From Octopus sinensis (taxonomy: Eukaryota): a stretch of 64,000 nucleotides of DNA. The notes below the pieces were generated by a model. It ran no database searches. It was not told the origin of the DNA and saw only the letters and a list, made by a program, of their open reading frames with translations. Location of the stretch: NCBI RefSeq assembly GCF_006345805.1, contig NC_042999.1:103602001-103666000 (forward strand), in the 5' to 3' direction. Positions 53,540 to 64,000 of the stretch are shown here, in pieces (position 1 is the stretch's first letter; each line of letters starts with the position of its first letter). A program made the position numbers and the translations under genes.

Positions 53540-54244
53540 CAGTTTATCATATTGATTGCAAAGCCAATACTAACCTCTAATTTTTGACATCTGCCATTTT
53601 ACCAATTCCAAATAAGCGATAACAAAAGAAGCGCTAAGTACACCAATCATTATTGGTATAAACGTAAATTTGCAATCCGGATATAGAAGCTGGAATTTTC
53701 GAAGCAGTTGTCTATAGTCGTCTTCTTCCTCTTTCAACGAGATATTCTCATCAACAGGACAGCTGTCCTCTATCACGGTACATACTTATTCTTGTCTATC
53801 CCAAACAGTAATAACCGGCCTGTTACGCTCACACTTGAGAGATGATTTTATGGGGATGTTCCACCAGTATTTCTTGTACTGATATTTGTGTATAGTTGTT
53901 CTAGGACAGTCTTTATTTTTGATGGCAATGGATATTGTTTTAGCGACAACGTCGTGTCGCATAGGGAGGTAATACCTTGATGAAATTTTGGGGCAGTTGC
54001 TACTCACTTGTATAATACCTTCCACAGAAAGATGACATAATTACCAATTTCGGTTGCATGTTACAGCTCCAAGGGCTTCACTGTTTCTTGGGTATTTTGT
54101 AGCAATCTCCTGTTCTTGGATTGCAAATGAATAGCAATCGAAGTGTGGTGTAATGTAGCAGTCATGAGTCCAAGAGAGGCTTCGTTTCTTGTCAATGTTA
54201 CTGTCTTCTTCGAGTCTTCGGGAAACATAACCATTCATGGTCAT
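53540..54244 (-). mobile_element. Second, more decayed R4/Dong-like RLE LINE fragment
   Basis: Broken ORFs read YSFAIQEQEIATKY, CPKISSRYYLPMRHDVVAKT, KYWWNIPIK, SCPVDENISLKE, FIPIMIG; same family as 19096-20256. Confidence 0.85.
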
Positions 54245-55599
54245 TTGTGTGTGTGTATGTATGTATGTATGTATATATGTATGTGTGTGTATGTATGTGT
54301 GTGTGTATGTATGTATGTATGTATGTATGTATGTATGTATGTATGTATGTATGTATGTAGTTCATAAAGGAGATCCAGATGTTCTCCGTATAGAATACAC
54401 TTCGTAGTGCTCAAAATATTCAAACTTGAGCGCGTATAGAAGCAAATGAAGGGATAAGCAAATGAGAGAGGTCAATATATAAAGTATATTAAATACATGA
54501 AATAGAAAATATGTATATGTATACATATAAAAGGGTCCAACTTACAGAGAGTACAAATGATAGATTAATTCCATCAGAGAATGCGCCCGTAAAGATACAT
54601 TTAACATAGAATGAGACGAGCCTCCCTCTTCGGAGAAGAGATCTTACAGCTGAGATCTTAAAGCAGAAAAGTTCACAGATCTATCTAATTTGCTCATCCC
54701 CACATTTGCTTCTTTGTATGTATGTATGTATGTATGTATGTATGTATGTATGTATGTATGTATGTATGTATGTATGTATGTATGTATGCATGCATGGCCG
54801 GGTCGTCGGCGACTTGAGCAGTCAACGGCCATCCAACAATATGGGTACATATGTATGTGCAGGGACATGCATATACCAGGGTTGGTGTCCAGGTGTGCGG
54901 TTGGCCCACTGGGAGTGGAAAGCCCCACTGCTGTTGTCACAACATCTCTCTAGGAGAGGGAAACCCTGACAGAAAAACTGCGACCCTGACAATATTCGAT
55001 GATGTAGACAAGTTCGTTTATTTGAGCTTATGTTGTCCATGTCCAGAGAGTGGGATTTGAGCAACTCATTTTCTCGCCATAAAATTTCATCATGCACAGG
55101 CATCACTTGAAAAAGCTGAGACCTATCACAAAAATGGTCGGTCGTAGCCTTCGCATGAGTGGGACTTTCTATGAGGCGTAGGGAATACTCGAACTCGAGC
55201 TTGCAGCCATCATGTATGTATGTACGTCTGCATTCGTGTATTGATATCTTATGACAAACATTTTACATATTTCTGTAGCATAAATCTATCTGTATATAAC
55301 TTTGCTAAACTTATCTCAAAGATTAATTACGCTTAACACCGATGATCACCTTCTGCTTGCATTACTAATACTTCGAATAATTACATTTGTAACTTTGATC
55401 TCTATGATAATTATTTGTTGATTTTTTTTTTTTCATTTCTTTTTCTTCCTTTTAAAGAATTTTCTCGTTTTGAATGAAAATATATCTCTAGTGTGTCTGA
55501 AACATATATACATACGTATATGTATGTATATATTTACATACGTTTGCATATGCATGTCAGTGCGTGTGTGTGTGTAAGTATGTATATCTATATATATAT

Positions 55600-55678
55600 G
55601 AGCGTCCAATAATACTATATTTGTTCCACATCCTCGCGTTGTTGTGTTTTTTTTGTGCTTTCTTGTTTGGATTAACTT
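55600..55678 (+). repeat. 79-bp pseudo-LTR tail, exact inverted copy of 56146-56224
   Basis: gagcgtccaataatactatat..gtttggattaactt, between TA tracts. Confidence 0.9.
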
Positions 55679-55727
55679 ATATATATATATATACATATAT
55701 ATACATATATATATATATATATATCAC

Positions 55728-55792
<65 letters not shown>

Positions 55793-56044
55793 CATTATTA
55801 TATGTAGGAATGTTTGTATAGATTCTATATATATGACACACTCACGCGAATAATATGTATGCATGTATGTGTGAGTATGTATGTATGTATGCATGTTTGT
55901 ATGTATGTTGTATATGTATATATATGTATGTATATGTATATGTATTATATATGTATATATAGTTATATATATATATGTATATATGTATGTATATATGTAT
56001 ATATATATGTATATTATATATATATATATATGTATATGTATATT

Positions 56045-56076
<32 letters not shown>

Positions 56077-56145
56077 GTATATGTATATATATATAATAAT
56101 ATATATATGTATATATGATATATATATGTTAATGATATAATAATA

Positions 56146-57460
56146 AAGTTAATCCAAACAAGAAAGCACAAAAAAAACACAACAACGCGAGGATGTGGAA
56201 CAAATATAGTATTATTGGACGCTCAGGAAAGAAAGAAAGAAGGAGGGTATAACGTTTCGAGCGGAGCTCTTCGTCAGAAACATAGGAGAAGGAAAGATCC
56301 AGAGAAGGGAAGACTCAGGGAAAAAAATCGCCAACGGTACACCGGAAAGAAAAGGGTGAAGAAAGATGTTTTCAAAGACAGAAGAGTAGTATTGTCAAAG
56401 ACAGCAGAAGGATAGAGGGGGGAATGTGTGTGTAAGTGTGGATATGTGCAGCGCTGAGGTCTGCGTGTGCGTGTGTGTGTCTGTATGTGTGCAATGATGA
56501 CATGTGAGTGTGTGTGTGCGTGTGTGTGTGTGTATGTGTGTGTGGTTGTGGCTGTAAACAAAGGGCTAGTACTAAGGCTAGTAGTATGCTAGTTTGTAGG
56601 GCTAGTAGAATAAGGAGTGGTGTTTTTTGTCCCTGCCACAGGTCAGTACTGTTACTTTGAAGTATGTGTGTGTGTGCGTGTATGTATATGTATCGTGTGT
56701 GTGTTTTGTTTGTAGTGTGTGTATGTATGTGTGTGTTCGTGTGTGTATGCGTAGAGTTTGGGTGTGTGGCGAATAACTGTGCTTTACTTAGTGTATGTGT
56801 TCGTGTGTGCTTGTACGTGCGTATGTGTGTATACATGTATGTATAATTGTGTGCGTGTATGTATAATTGTGTGCCGTGTGTATGGGATGTATGTGTGGGT
56901 TCATTTGTGTGTGTGTATGTATGTGCGTGCGTGTCGTATGTGCGTGTAGTTGTGTGTGCGTCTACGTGTGCGTTTGTATGTGTGTGTAAGCGTATATGGA
57001 TGTATATGCGTGTATCCGTGGGGTTGTGAGTTTTGGCTGTGTGCATTGTTGTGCGTGTGTGCGTGCGTATGTGTGCGCATGTGTGTGTGTGCCTATATGT
57101 GTATACATATGTGTATGTGTGTGTGCACGTGTAGGCATATATTGTGTGTATGTATATGTATCGGTGTGTATGTGAATTTGTGTATGCTTGTGGGGGGTGT
57201 AGTTGTGTGGGCGTAATGTGCGTGCGTGTGCTTGTGTGCGTGTGTGCGCTTACGTGCGTGTATGTGTGTGTGTGTCTGTGCCCATGTGTGTATAAGTGTG
57301 TGCGTATCTGTATGAGTATTGTTTGTTGGAGGTATACGTGGGCATCTGTGCTGGTGTGTGTGTATGTACGTGTGTATGTGTGTGTGCGTGTATTGTATAT
57401 ATATATATGTGTGTGTGTGTGTGTGCGTGCGTGCGAGTGAATGTATGTATACATGTGCGT
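56146..57460 (-). mobile_element. Probable PLE 3' region: CA-rich UTR, HHR and tail
   Basis: HHR at 56247-56281; tail homologous to 57797-57976; long cryptic (CA)n-rich stretch upstream. The left boundary is firm, the right boundary is uncertain. Confidence 0.55.
56247..56281 (-). ncRNA. Minimal type I hammerhead
   Basis: gttt-CTGACGA-a-gagc-tcc-gctc-GAAA-CG-TT-atac; one helix I mismatch. Confidence 0.75.
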
Positions 57461-57601
57461 GTGTGTAAAATGTAGAGGTTTATATGTGTGTATATATATG
57501 TATATATATATATGTGCGAGTATATGTATATATATATATATGTATATATATATGTATATGTATATGTATATGTATATATATAATATAGTATGATGTATAT
57601 G

Positions 57602-57664
<63 letters not shown>

Positions 57665-57667
<3 letters not shown>

Positions 57668-59323
57668 GATAAACTTAGATATGTTTCGAGCAAAGATTGG
57701 TCCAGGCCATGTCTAACTTAATAGCACCACCTGATAGGATTTTCTAAATCCTTTTTAAGTCAAGTTTTGTGGTATCATAGTCCATTCAAGTAGTGAGTCT
57801 TTTTCTCCGGCTTCCCTTCCTTGGATCTTTCCTTTTTCTATGTTTCTGACGAAGAGCTCCGCTTGAAACGTTAGATCTTCCTTCCTTCTTTCCTTTCCTG
57901 AACGTCCAATAACACTATACTTGTACCACGTCCTCGCGTTGTTGTGTTTTTCCTTGTTCATGTTTGGATTAACTATATAGGTGGCTTATCTGGTATCCCT
58001 TGAAGAAATTTGTCCAGACTCTCTATGTATGGGATATTCCATTTTGGGGCAATGAGTGATGGGTTGATGCCATGTACATTTAATGGGAATGTCGAAGTAA
58101 GGGTAGTTTGATGTCTGCATTGTTCTAAGAGCTCAGCGTTATGTTTTATGTTGTTCAGAGGTAGCAATGAGGGTAGTTTTTGTATGGAGTTATGTGTGTG
58201 TGTGATTTACTAGTTGGTGGTGGGGGTGTTCCTTGTGTTTTGGATCTCCTGGTTTAGGTCGGCCTTCATATTTTCTAGATAAGTTAGTAAAAAAGAGTTT
58301 CCTCTTTGGTTTGCCACTTTGTCAGATGATACATAGTTAATTTTTTATGTTATTTCGTGTTATGGTTTTTTCATAGTTTTGTCTTCGTTGTTTGGTTGTA
58401 GGAGGTGAAATGTGGTTGTATTTTGTTTTTATTGTTGTGTTGTTGTTGTTGTAGGTCTCCTCTATTGCTGTTTATATTTATTTTGCGGTCGTTTTGTGCC
58501 CTTCGGATGGTAGTGGTTGCATTCTGGTTTCAAGCACATCCTTAGTGACACAGAAGTTTTGGCACAGTTTAGGATGGAAGAAGGTGTATCCATTGCCTTT
58601 TGTGCATCCATATTTAGGATCAGGGCCATGGACTCCGTATTTATGATAGTATTTGGGGCGGAGGTGAGGGCAGTTTTTTCCTGTTATACCATATGGACAG
58701 GTGCCCTTAACAAGTCTACAGCATAAGGTAGGATGGAAAAAAACACAGTATCCCTTGTTGTTGGTGCCACTGGGCCAAATCTACAGTTATCTTGAGAATT
58801 GTAACGACAGGGTTTTTGACGTGGGCATAGAGGTTTTTCTATATTGGCAGGCTCATTGGTCAGTGGCTGTAGTGGAAATGAAACTTGACTTGCAACAGTA
58901 GGGCTGGGTGGAATCAGATCAGATACTGGTGCCAAATAAGGTGCTTCCAATGAAGTAGCAGTAGCAGGCTGTTGTTGTTGCGATAGTGAGTCCTGGGTTG
59001 CCACGGTAGTGTTTGGTGGAATTAGGTTAGATAGCGATATCAAGGAGGATGTTGTTTGTTACTGGTTAACGGGTCGTTGAAGTGACCCCTGACCTTTTGA
59101 CATTGGGTCAGTTGGTGCGCTAAGTCCGTTGATAAGTATGGCTTCCAGTGTTACCATGTGCGTGTGTAAAGGGGTCTAGTTTTAGAACTAATCTTGCGTT
59201 TGTTTTGGTTTATATTTGTTTCTCCACGTTGTATATAAATTTGTGTAAATTTATCCTCCGCTAATAGTAAAATAGTAGAATAGTAGAATTCAAGGTAAGT
59301 TACTGCTGTTTGAGTTGAAATCT

Positions 59324-59326
<3 letters not shown>
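57665..59326 (-). mobile_element. CR1/L2-like LINE with 5' and 3' ends but most of ORF2 deleted; interrupted by an HHR cassette
   Basis: Frameshifted ORF1 with repeated Cys/His fingers (CRYNSQDNCRFG, CVFFHPTLC, GCTKG..FFHPKLC, CLKPECNHYHPKGT). ORF2 start (LNVHGINP..KWNIPYIES) runs directly into LDKFLQGIPDKP. SLLEW and a 3' UTR lie at 57665-57797. Confidence 0.75.
57842..57876 (+). ncRNA. Minimal type I hammerhead in a pseudo-LTR (57797-57976) nested in the LINE
   Basis: gttt-CTGACGA-a-gagc-tcc-gctt-GAAA-CG-TT-agat. Confidence 0.75.
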
Positions 59327-59366
<40 letters not shown>

Positions 59367-59393
59367 ATAATATATATATATATATAATTACAT

Positions 59394-59512
59394 ATTACAT
59401 ATAATACATATATGTATATATCTGTTTGTGCATCATAATATATGAATATGTGCATTATAATATATATGATCATATATCTACGTGTGTTCATCTATCTATC
59501 TATTTGTATATA

Positions 59513-59568
<56 letters not shown>

Positions 59569-59698
59569 ATATATATATATATTACATATAATACATATAT
59601 GTATAATCTGTTTGTGCATCATAATATATGAATATGTGCATTATAATATATATGATCATATATCTACGTGTGTTCATCTATCTATCTATTTGTATATA

Positions 59699-59700
<2 letters not shown>
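59394..59700 (+). repeat. Direct duplication of about 120 bp (period 187) separated by (TA)n
   Basis: attacatataatac..ctacgtgtgttcatctatctatctatttgtatataat at 59394 and 59581. Confidence 0.85.
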
Positions 59701-59757
<57 letters not shown>

Positions 59758-60111
59758 GTGCGTATGCATACATGGATATACATGTGTATGTGCGAGTGTG
59801 TACTTACACACACACTCAATGCCTATATGAATTAAATAACCGGAAAGAGTGATCTCAAATACAACAATAGAAATATGGAATCTTCACACCCGCGCCAGAC
59901 GACTTCATGATGCAAAGCCTAATCACCTTGTAACCTGACAGTTATTTGTTTTATGGGGTTTCTGCATGGCAAAATACAGTGAATGGCTTGTTTATAAGTC
60001 TGAACGTGCTACTACTTGCATATTCGAACTGGTAATAATATTGCAGCTATTTATTTAACATGCATTGAATACATCTTTAATGTCTGTATTTTTTTTCTTC
60101 TATTTTAACAG

Positions 60112-60156
60112 GACGAACGAAATCAGGTTTTAACAACCAACATTTGGTTAGATCAG
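60112..60156 (+). CDS. 45-nt internal exon of a nicotinic acetylcholine receptor-type Cys-loop channel subunit (DERNQVLTTNIWLDQ)
   Basis: Pyrimidine tract and ttaacAG acceptor; GTAAGT donor at 60157; phase 0-0. The peptide matches the conserved DE(K/R)NQ.LTTN.WL block carried on a 45-nt exon in nAChR genes. Confidence 0.9.
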
Positions 60157-60320
60157 GTAAGTTAGTAGTTTTACGTACTTTAAGACGCATTTTGCTGTTG
60201 TTGCTGTTCTTGCTGCTGCTGTTCTTGCTGCTGTTTGTTACTACACATGATGGTCTGCTTTGTTGTTGCCTCTTCTGGAGCCATATCGACATTTTATTTT
60301 GTTATACTATTTTTTCTTGC

Positions 60321-60361
<41 letters not shown>

Positions 60362-61194
60362 TTCTCTCTCTCTCTTTCTCTCTCTCTCTTTCTCTCTCTC
60401 CCTCTCTCTTTCTCCCTCATTCCGTCTAAATCTGTCCTCTTTCTCCCCTATGTATGTAGGATATGTTTATCTCTCCATACTCATCTCTCTTCCTTCCCTC
60501 TCTCTCTCTCTCTCTCTCTTTCGATATATATATTTCTCTCATTCCTACTTTTTAAATCTATCTCTTACATTTCTTTTTAAGTTTTCTTCTTTGTATTCGT
60601 CTAACTGCCTCACTAATAGTATTTCTTACCTTCACTGCCTTGCTGTCAAAGTCTTGCAATTCATTATTCAATTAATCAATCATTCAATCAATTAATCAAT
60701 CAATCAATTCATTAAACCCTTATTATTTAATTATCTCACGCACTTTTGATAACTACGATTCCTGATATTTACTCATTCCCCTCTTTCTTTTTCATATTTG
60801 CTTGTGCTGTCTAATTTTTTGTTGTTTTATTAATTCTCTCCTCACTTTGACCGTTGTCTTCCTGCTAAAATTTTTATCACTCCTTATCCCCCACCCCCAC
60901 CCCGCACACTTCTCTTTGTTCTTCACTATTAATTTTTTCTGTCTTTTCTCACCACTTCCAATCCATTTGTTCGGCACAACTACTAATAAGCTTTAAACTT
61001 CTCTTCTTCCTCACGGCAACATAACTAATTCTACTTTGAGAACTTTTTGCATGATACAGTCAAACTGTGAACTTCTAAACAGAAGTATCTACTAATTGGT
61101 GATGAGAGTAAACAGTTTCTACTCTATTACTCGAGCGAACATATTTCTAATGGCTACACTGGTAAACTACTCCTTCTTATACTTGTTGACCGTC

Positions 61195-61432
61195 GCGTCT
61201 AATCTGATCGAGTAAACCTATAATCTCTCCCAATATTATAGGCACAATGCCTAAAGTTTTAGCGGAGGCGCTGGTCGACTGCAACCATCCCAGGGCTCAA
61301 CTTGAACTTATTTTATCGACCCCTAAAGGATGAAAGGCAAAGACGACCACGGCGAACTCGGAATGTAAAGACGAAAGAAACGCTGCCATGCATTTTGTCT
61401 TGCATGCTAACCATTCTACCAGCTCACCACCT
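61195..61432 (-). mobile_element. SINE family B
   Basis: ttttatcgacccctaaaggatgaaaggcaaag..gctaaccattctaccagctcaccacc. Confidence 0.7.
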
Positions 61433-62959
61433 TATGAGCAGACCTGTAATGAAAAAGTGTCCGATCGTGACTATCCTTAGCTCTTTTTCTCGAGTACAGT
61501 TTATCTAAGACTACAGCATCCAATGTGTCCTTGTCTGTTTTTAGGACCGCCGATTATTATTTAAGGGTACTGATTCTAGCAGTCCCAATCACCATATTGA
61601 ATTCCTTTCTTGAGTCATGTGGCTGATAACGATGCTTCAGTAGTGACCAAGATTGAGAAGATTTTTGAAACAAAATCGCTTCACACATAACAAACCCATT
61701 TTATTGTATTTTCAAACGGTGCACCGCCAACTCATTTCTCCAATATGTTCGCTATTTTCTTAAAGCAATGGTGTTTGAGCGTATGGACATATGGTTGATA
61801 TTTGTAGCGCTCCGATCGACAAGAGAGAGAAAGAGAGTTCAGCATTACCCAGTTTATTGTTGATTTTCTTGTTGCTGCTGTTGTTTAGCCACAGGTCAGT
61901 CTTGGATGAGTAGAACTATAACTAAAATCATTCAATTCGGCTGTGATCTTCTCACGCGTTTTTAAAGTATATTCAATAATACATCATTCTGTTTACATAT
62001 CTTCCTCCCACTTTTTAAGACAAAAAGGACTTTATTTGCAGGAAATTTGTATGCCATTTCCTGCAGGTCAAGCATTGTACACACTATTGTATATACTGTT
62101 GGTTTTAATTGCTGTTATTTTGCCAGTTTCCCACTCAATAAACAAACTTATGGTTCTTTCTTAGACACTGAGCAACAAGGACAACATTAAAGTGGTGGAT
62201 AAATCTCTCTGAAAGACTTTGAGATGTATCATTTCTAAGGACAATATAATTCAATATGTTCATTTTTAACATGATAGGGAATAATTTCAAGGAAATTTAA
62301 CTGTTTCTTCGTGTATAGTAGGATAGCAAAGTTAGGTATCTCGACGACGATCATAGAATAAAAACCGTAGACACTTCTGCTAGTAAATTAGACATTCAAC
62401 AATTCTTCTTTTCAACTAATTTTTATTTTTACTCTCTTTCTAAATATAGAGTTTCCTTCGGGCGAAATCAGTCAGTTAACCATACCGTCTGGGTTTTAAT
62501 CTAGCATTGTTAATTAGGCAACTGTAATGAAATCGGCAGCGTAATAGAGTTTCAAAAACTAACAAGCTATTCTCTCGGGATGCGATTTGAACTGCAGTCT
62601 CTCCCTAACATTATCTTTCAATCTCTCTCTCTCTTTCTCTTTCTCTCCTTCTCTCCCCCCCCCTCTCTCTCTCTTCTTGATGATCGGTTTATCTATACTA
62701 GCCGTTGCTGCAGCTGCAAGAAACAAGATTTTGACAAGAAAGATTAATAATGTCACAAAACTTAGAAGCATTGCTGCTTTTACTACTGATTTTTGCAAGA
62801 TAAAATGTAAGTGAAAGCATGTATGTATGTACGCATGTACGTATATGTATGTACATATGAGTGCGTGTGTGCCTGCATGCGTGAATGTATGTGTGTGTAT
62901 GTGTTTCTGAATATATAGAGAGACAGATAGACAGACAGAGAGATGTATATAGGTATATG

Positions 62960-62993
<34 letters not shown>

Positions 62994-62994
62994 G

Positions 62995-63231
62995 GGAATA
63001 AATCCAAACTTACAGGAAAAAATTAGATTTAGGATTAAATCCAATTTTATAGTATAAATATATTATATTATATTATATTATATTAGAGATAAAACCACTA
63101 TTAGGCAAATCAAACAGTGAAAAACATAAGCCAATACGTAAAATTAATTTTAAAATATAAAAGTTAAAAATAAAAAATTATTTAAATAATTTAAACTTAT
63201 AAATTTTATATATATATATATATATATATAC

Positions 63232-63264
<33 letters not shown>

Positions 63265-64000
63265 GTATATAGGTATATTTTTATATTTATATATTATTTT
63301 ATTTATTAATTAATTAATTTATTTATTTATTTATTTTTTTAAATATCAAAAGTATTAAAAGATTAATAAAAGATAAAGAGTAAAACACTACGATCGTTTC
63401 ATGGCTGTACCAATTCGAATAACAATAAGTTTAATTCAATTAATAATTCGAGTTATGGTTACAGTCAATCTTCATTTAATTGAAATATTTAAAAAATAAT
63501 CAGAAATATTTAAACAATATTTTAAAGATATAAATAATATAATAATTTTATTTATAATAAACTCTATTATCAAACTAGAAACTTAAAACTTAACAATTAT
63601 AATTATATCAAAATCGATTATAATGTTAAATATTAATTTTAATTTATTAGGTAAGAAACCCACCAATAATCTAATATCGGTAATAGTCTATATCTAATTA
63701 CATAAATATTTTTTTTAAATGGCTATTATATATAAATTATCAATGAAAATATATAAATGTATATAAATATTATAATTAAGATCTAAAATAATCTCTATAA
63801 ATAAATATATATGCACATATAATAAAGACCTAATAAATTAATTTTTCATATTTAAAGATGAAATAGCTAATTTCAAAAATACAAACAAACAAACTTAAAC
63901 GAACTTTCGGAAATCTTATTTAAAATACTTACAGAAATAATCAATTCGTAGTTATATAGTATCGAATAAATACTATAAATACTATAAATATAATTATCAA
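62995..64000 (-). mobile_element. Probable 3' end of an old PLE extending beyond the window
   Basis: Very AT-rich UTR, decayed HHR at 63383-63480, tail ending at (TA)n near 62990. Confidence 0.55.
63383..63480 (-). ncRNA. Decayed hammerhead (C3 to A, helix I lost)
   Basis: ATGAAGA-ttgactgtaacca..tggtacagccat-GAAA-CGATCG-TA. Confidence 0.55.

Noticed and set aside
56372-57454. 360-aa His/Thr/Tyr-rich ORF
   Set aside because: Translation of cryptic (CA)n sequence; no domain signal.
61302-61508. ORF containing SRPV as a possible nAChR exon
   Set aside because: Lies mostly in a minus-strand SINE and downstream of the 45-nt exon, which is the wrong order.

Overview
Eukaryotic, AT-rich and microsatellite-saturated DNA. 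The SINE types and repeat density suggest an octopod cephalopod (inference). One host exon is recognisable: a 45-nt, phase-0 exon at 60112-60156 (+) encoding DERNQVLTTNIWLDQ, typical of a nicotinic acetylcholine receptor-type Cys-loop subunit. The rest is probably one huge intron or flank. It holds a 5'-truncated Penelope-like retroelement (RT + GIY-YIG, minus strand), restriction-like-endonuclease LINE remnants (R4/Dong-like, HERO-like), an internally deleted CR1/L2-like LINE, a Tigger/pogo remnant and many tRNA-derived SINEs. The main unannotated signal is about 20 type I hammerhead ribozyme (HHR) motifs from about 12 sequence families. Most sit in small non-coding cassettes between (TA)n tracts, often as outward-facing inverted pairs, including a 1.45-kb near-perfect palindrome. 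Two cassettes look like copies of about 355-360-nt circular or multimeric HHR RNAs (retrozyme-like). All folds were read by eye and none was computed. Most long ORFs in the supplied track are microsatellite artefacts.
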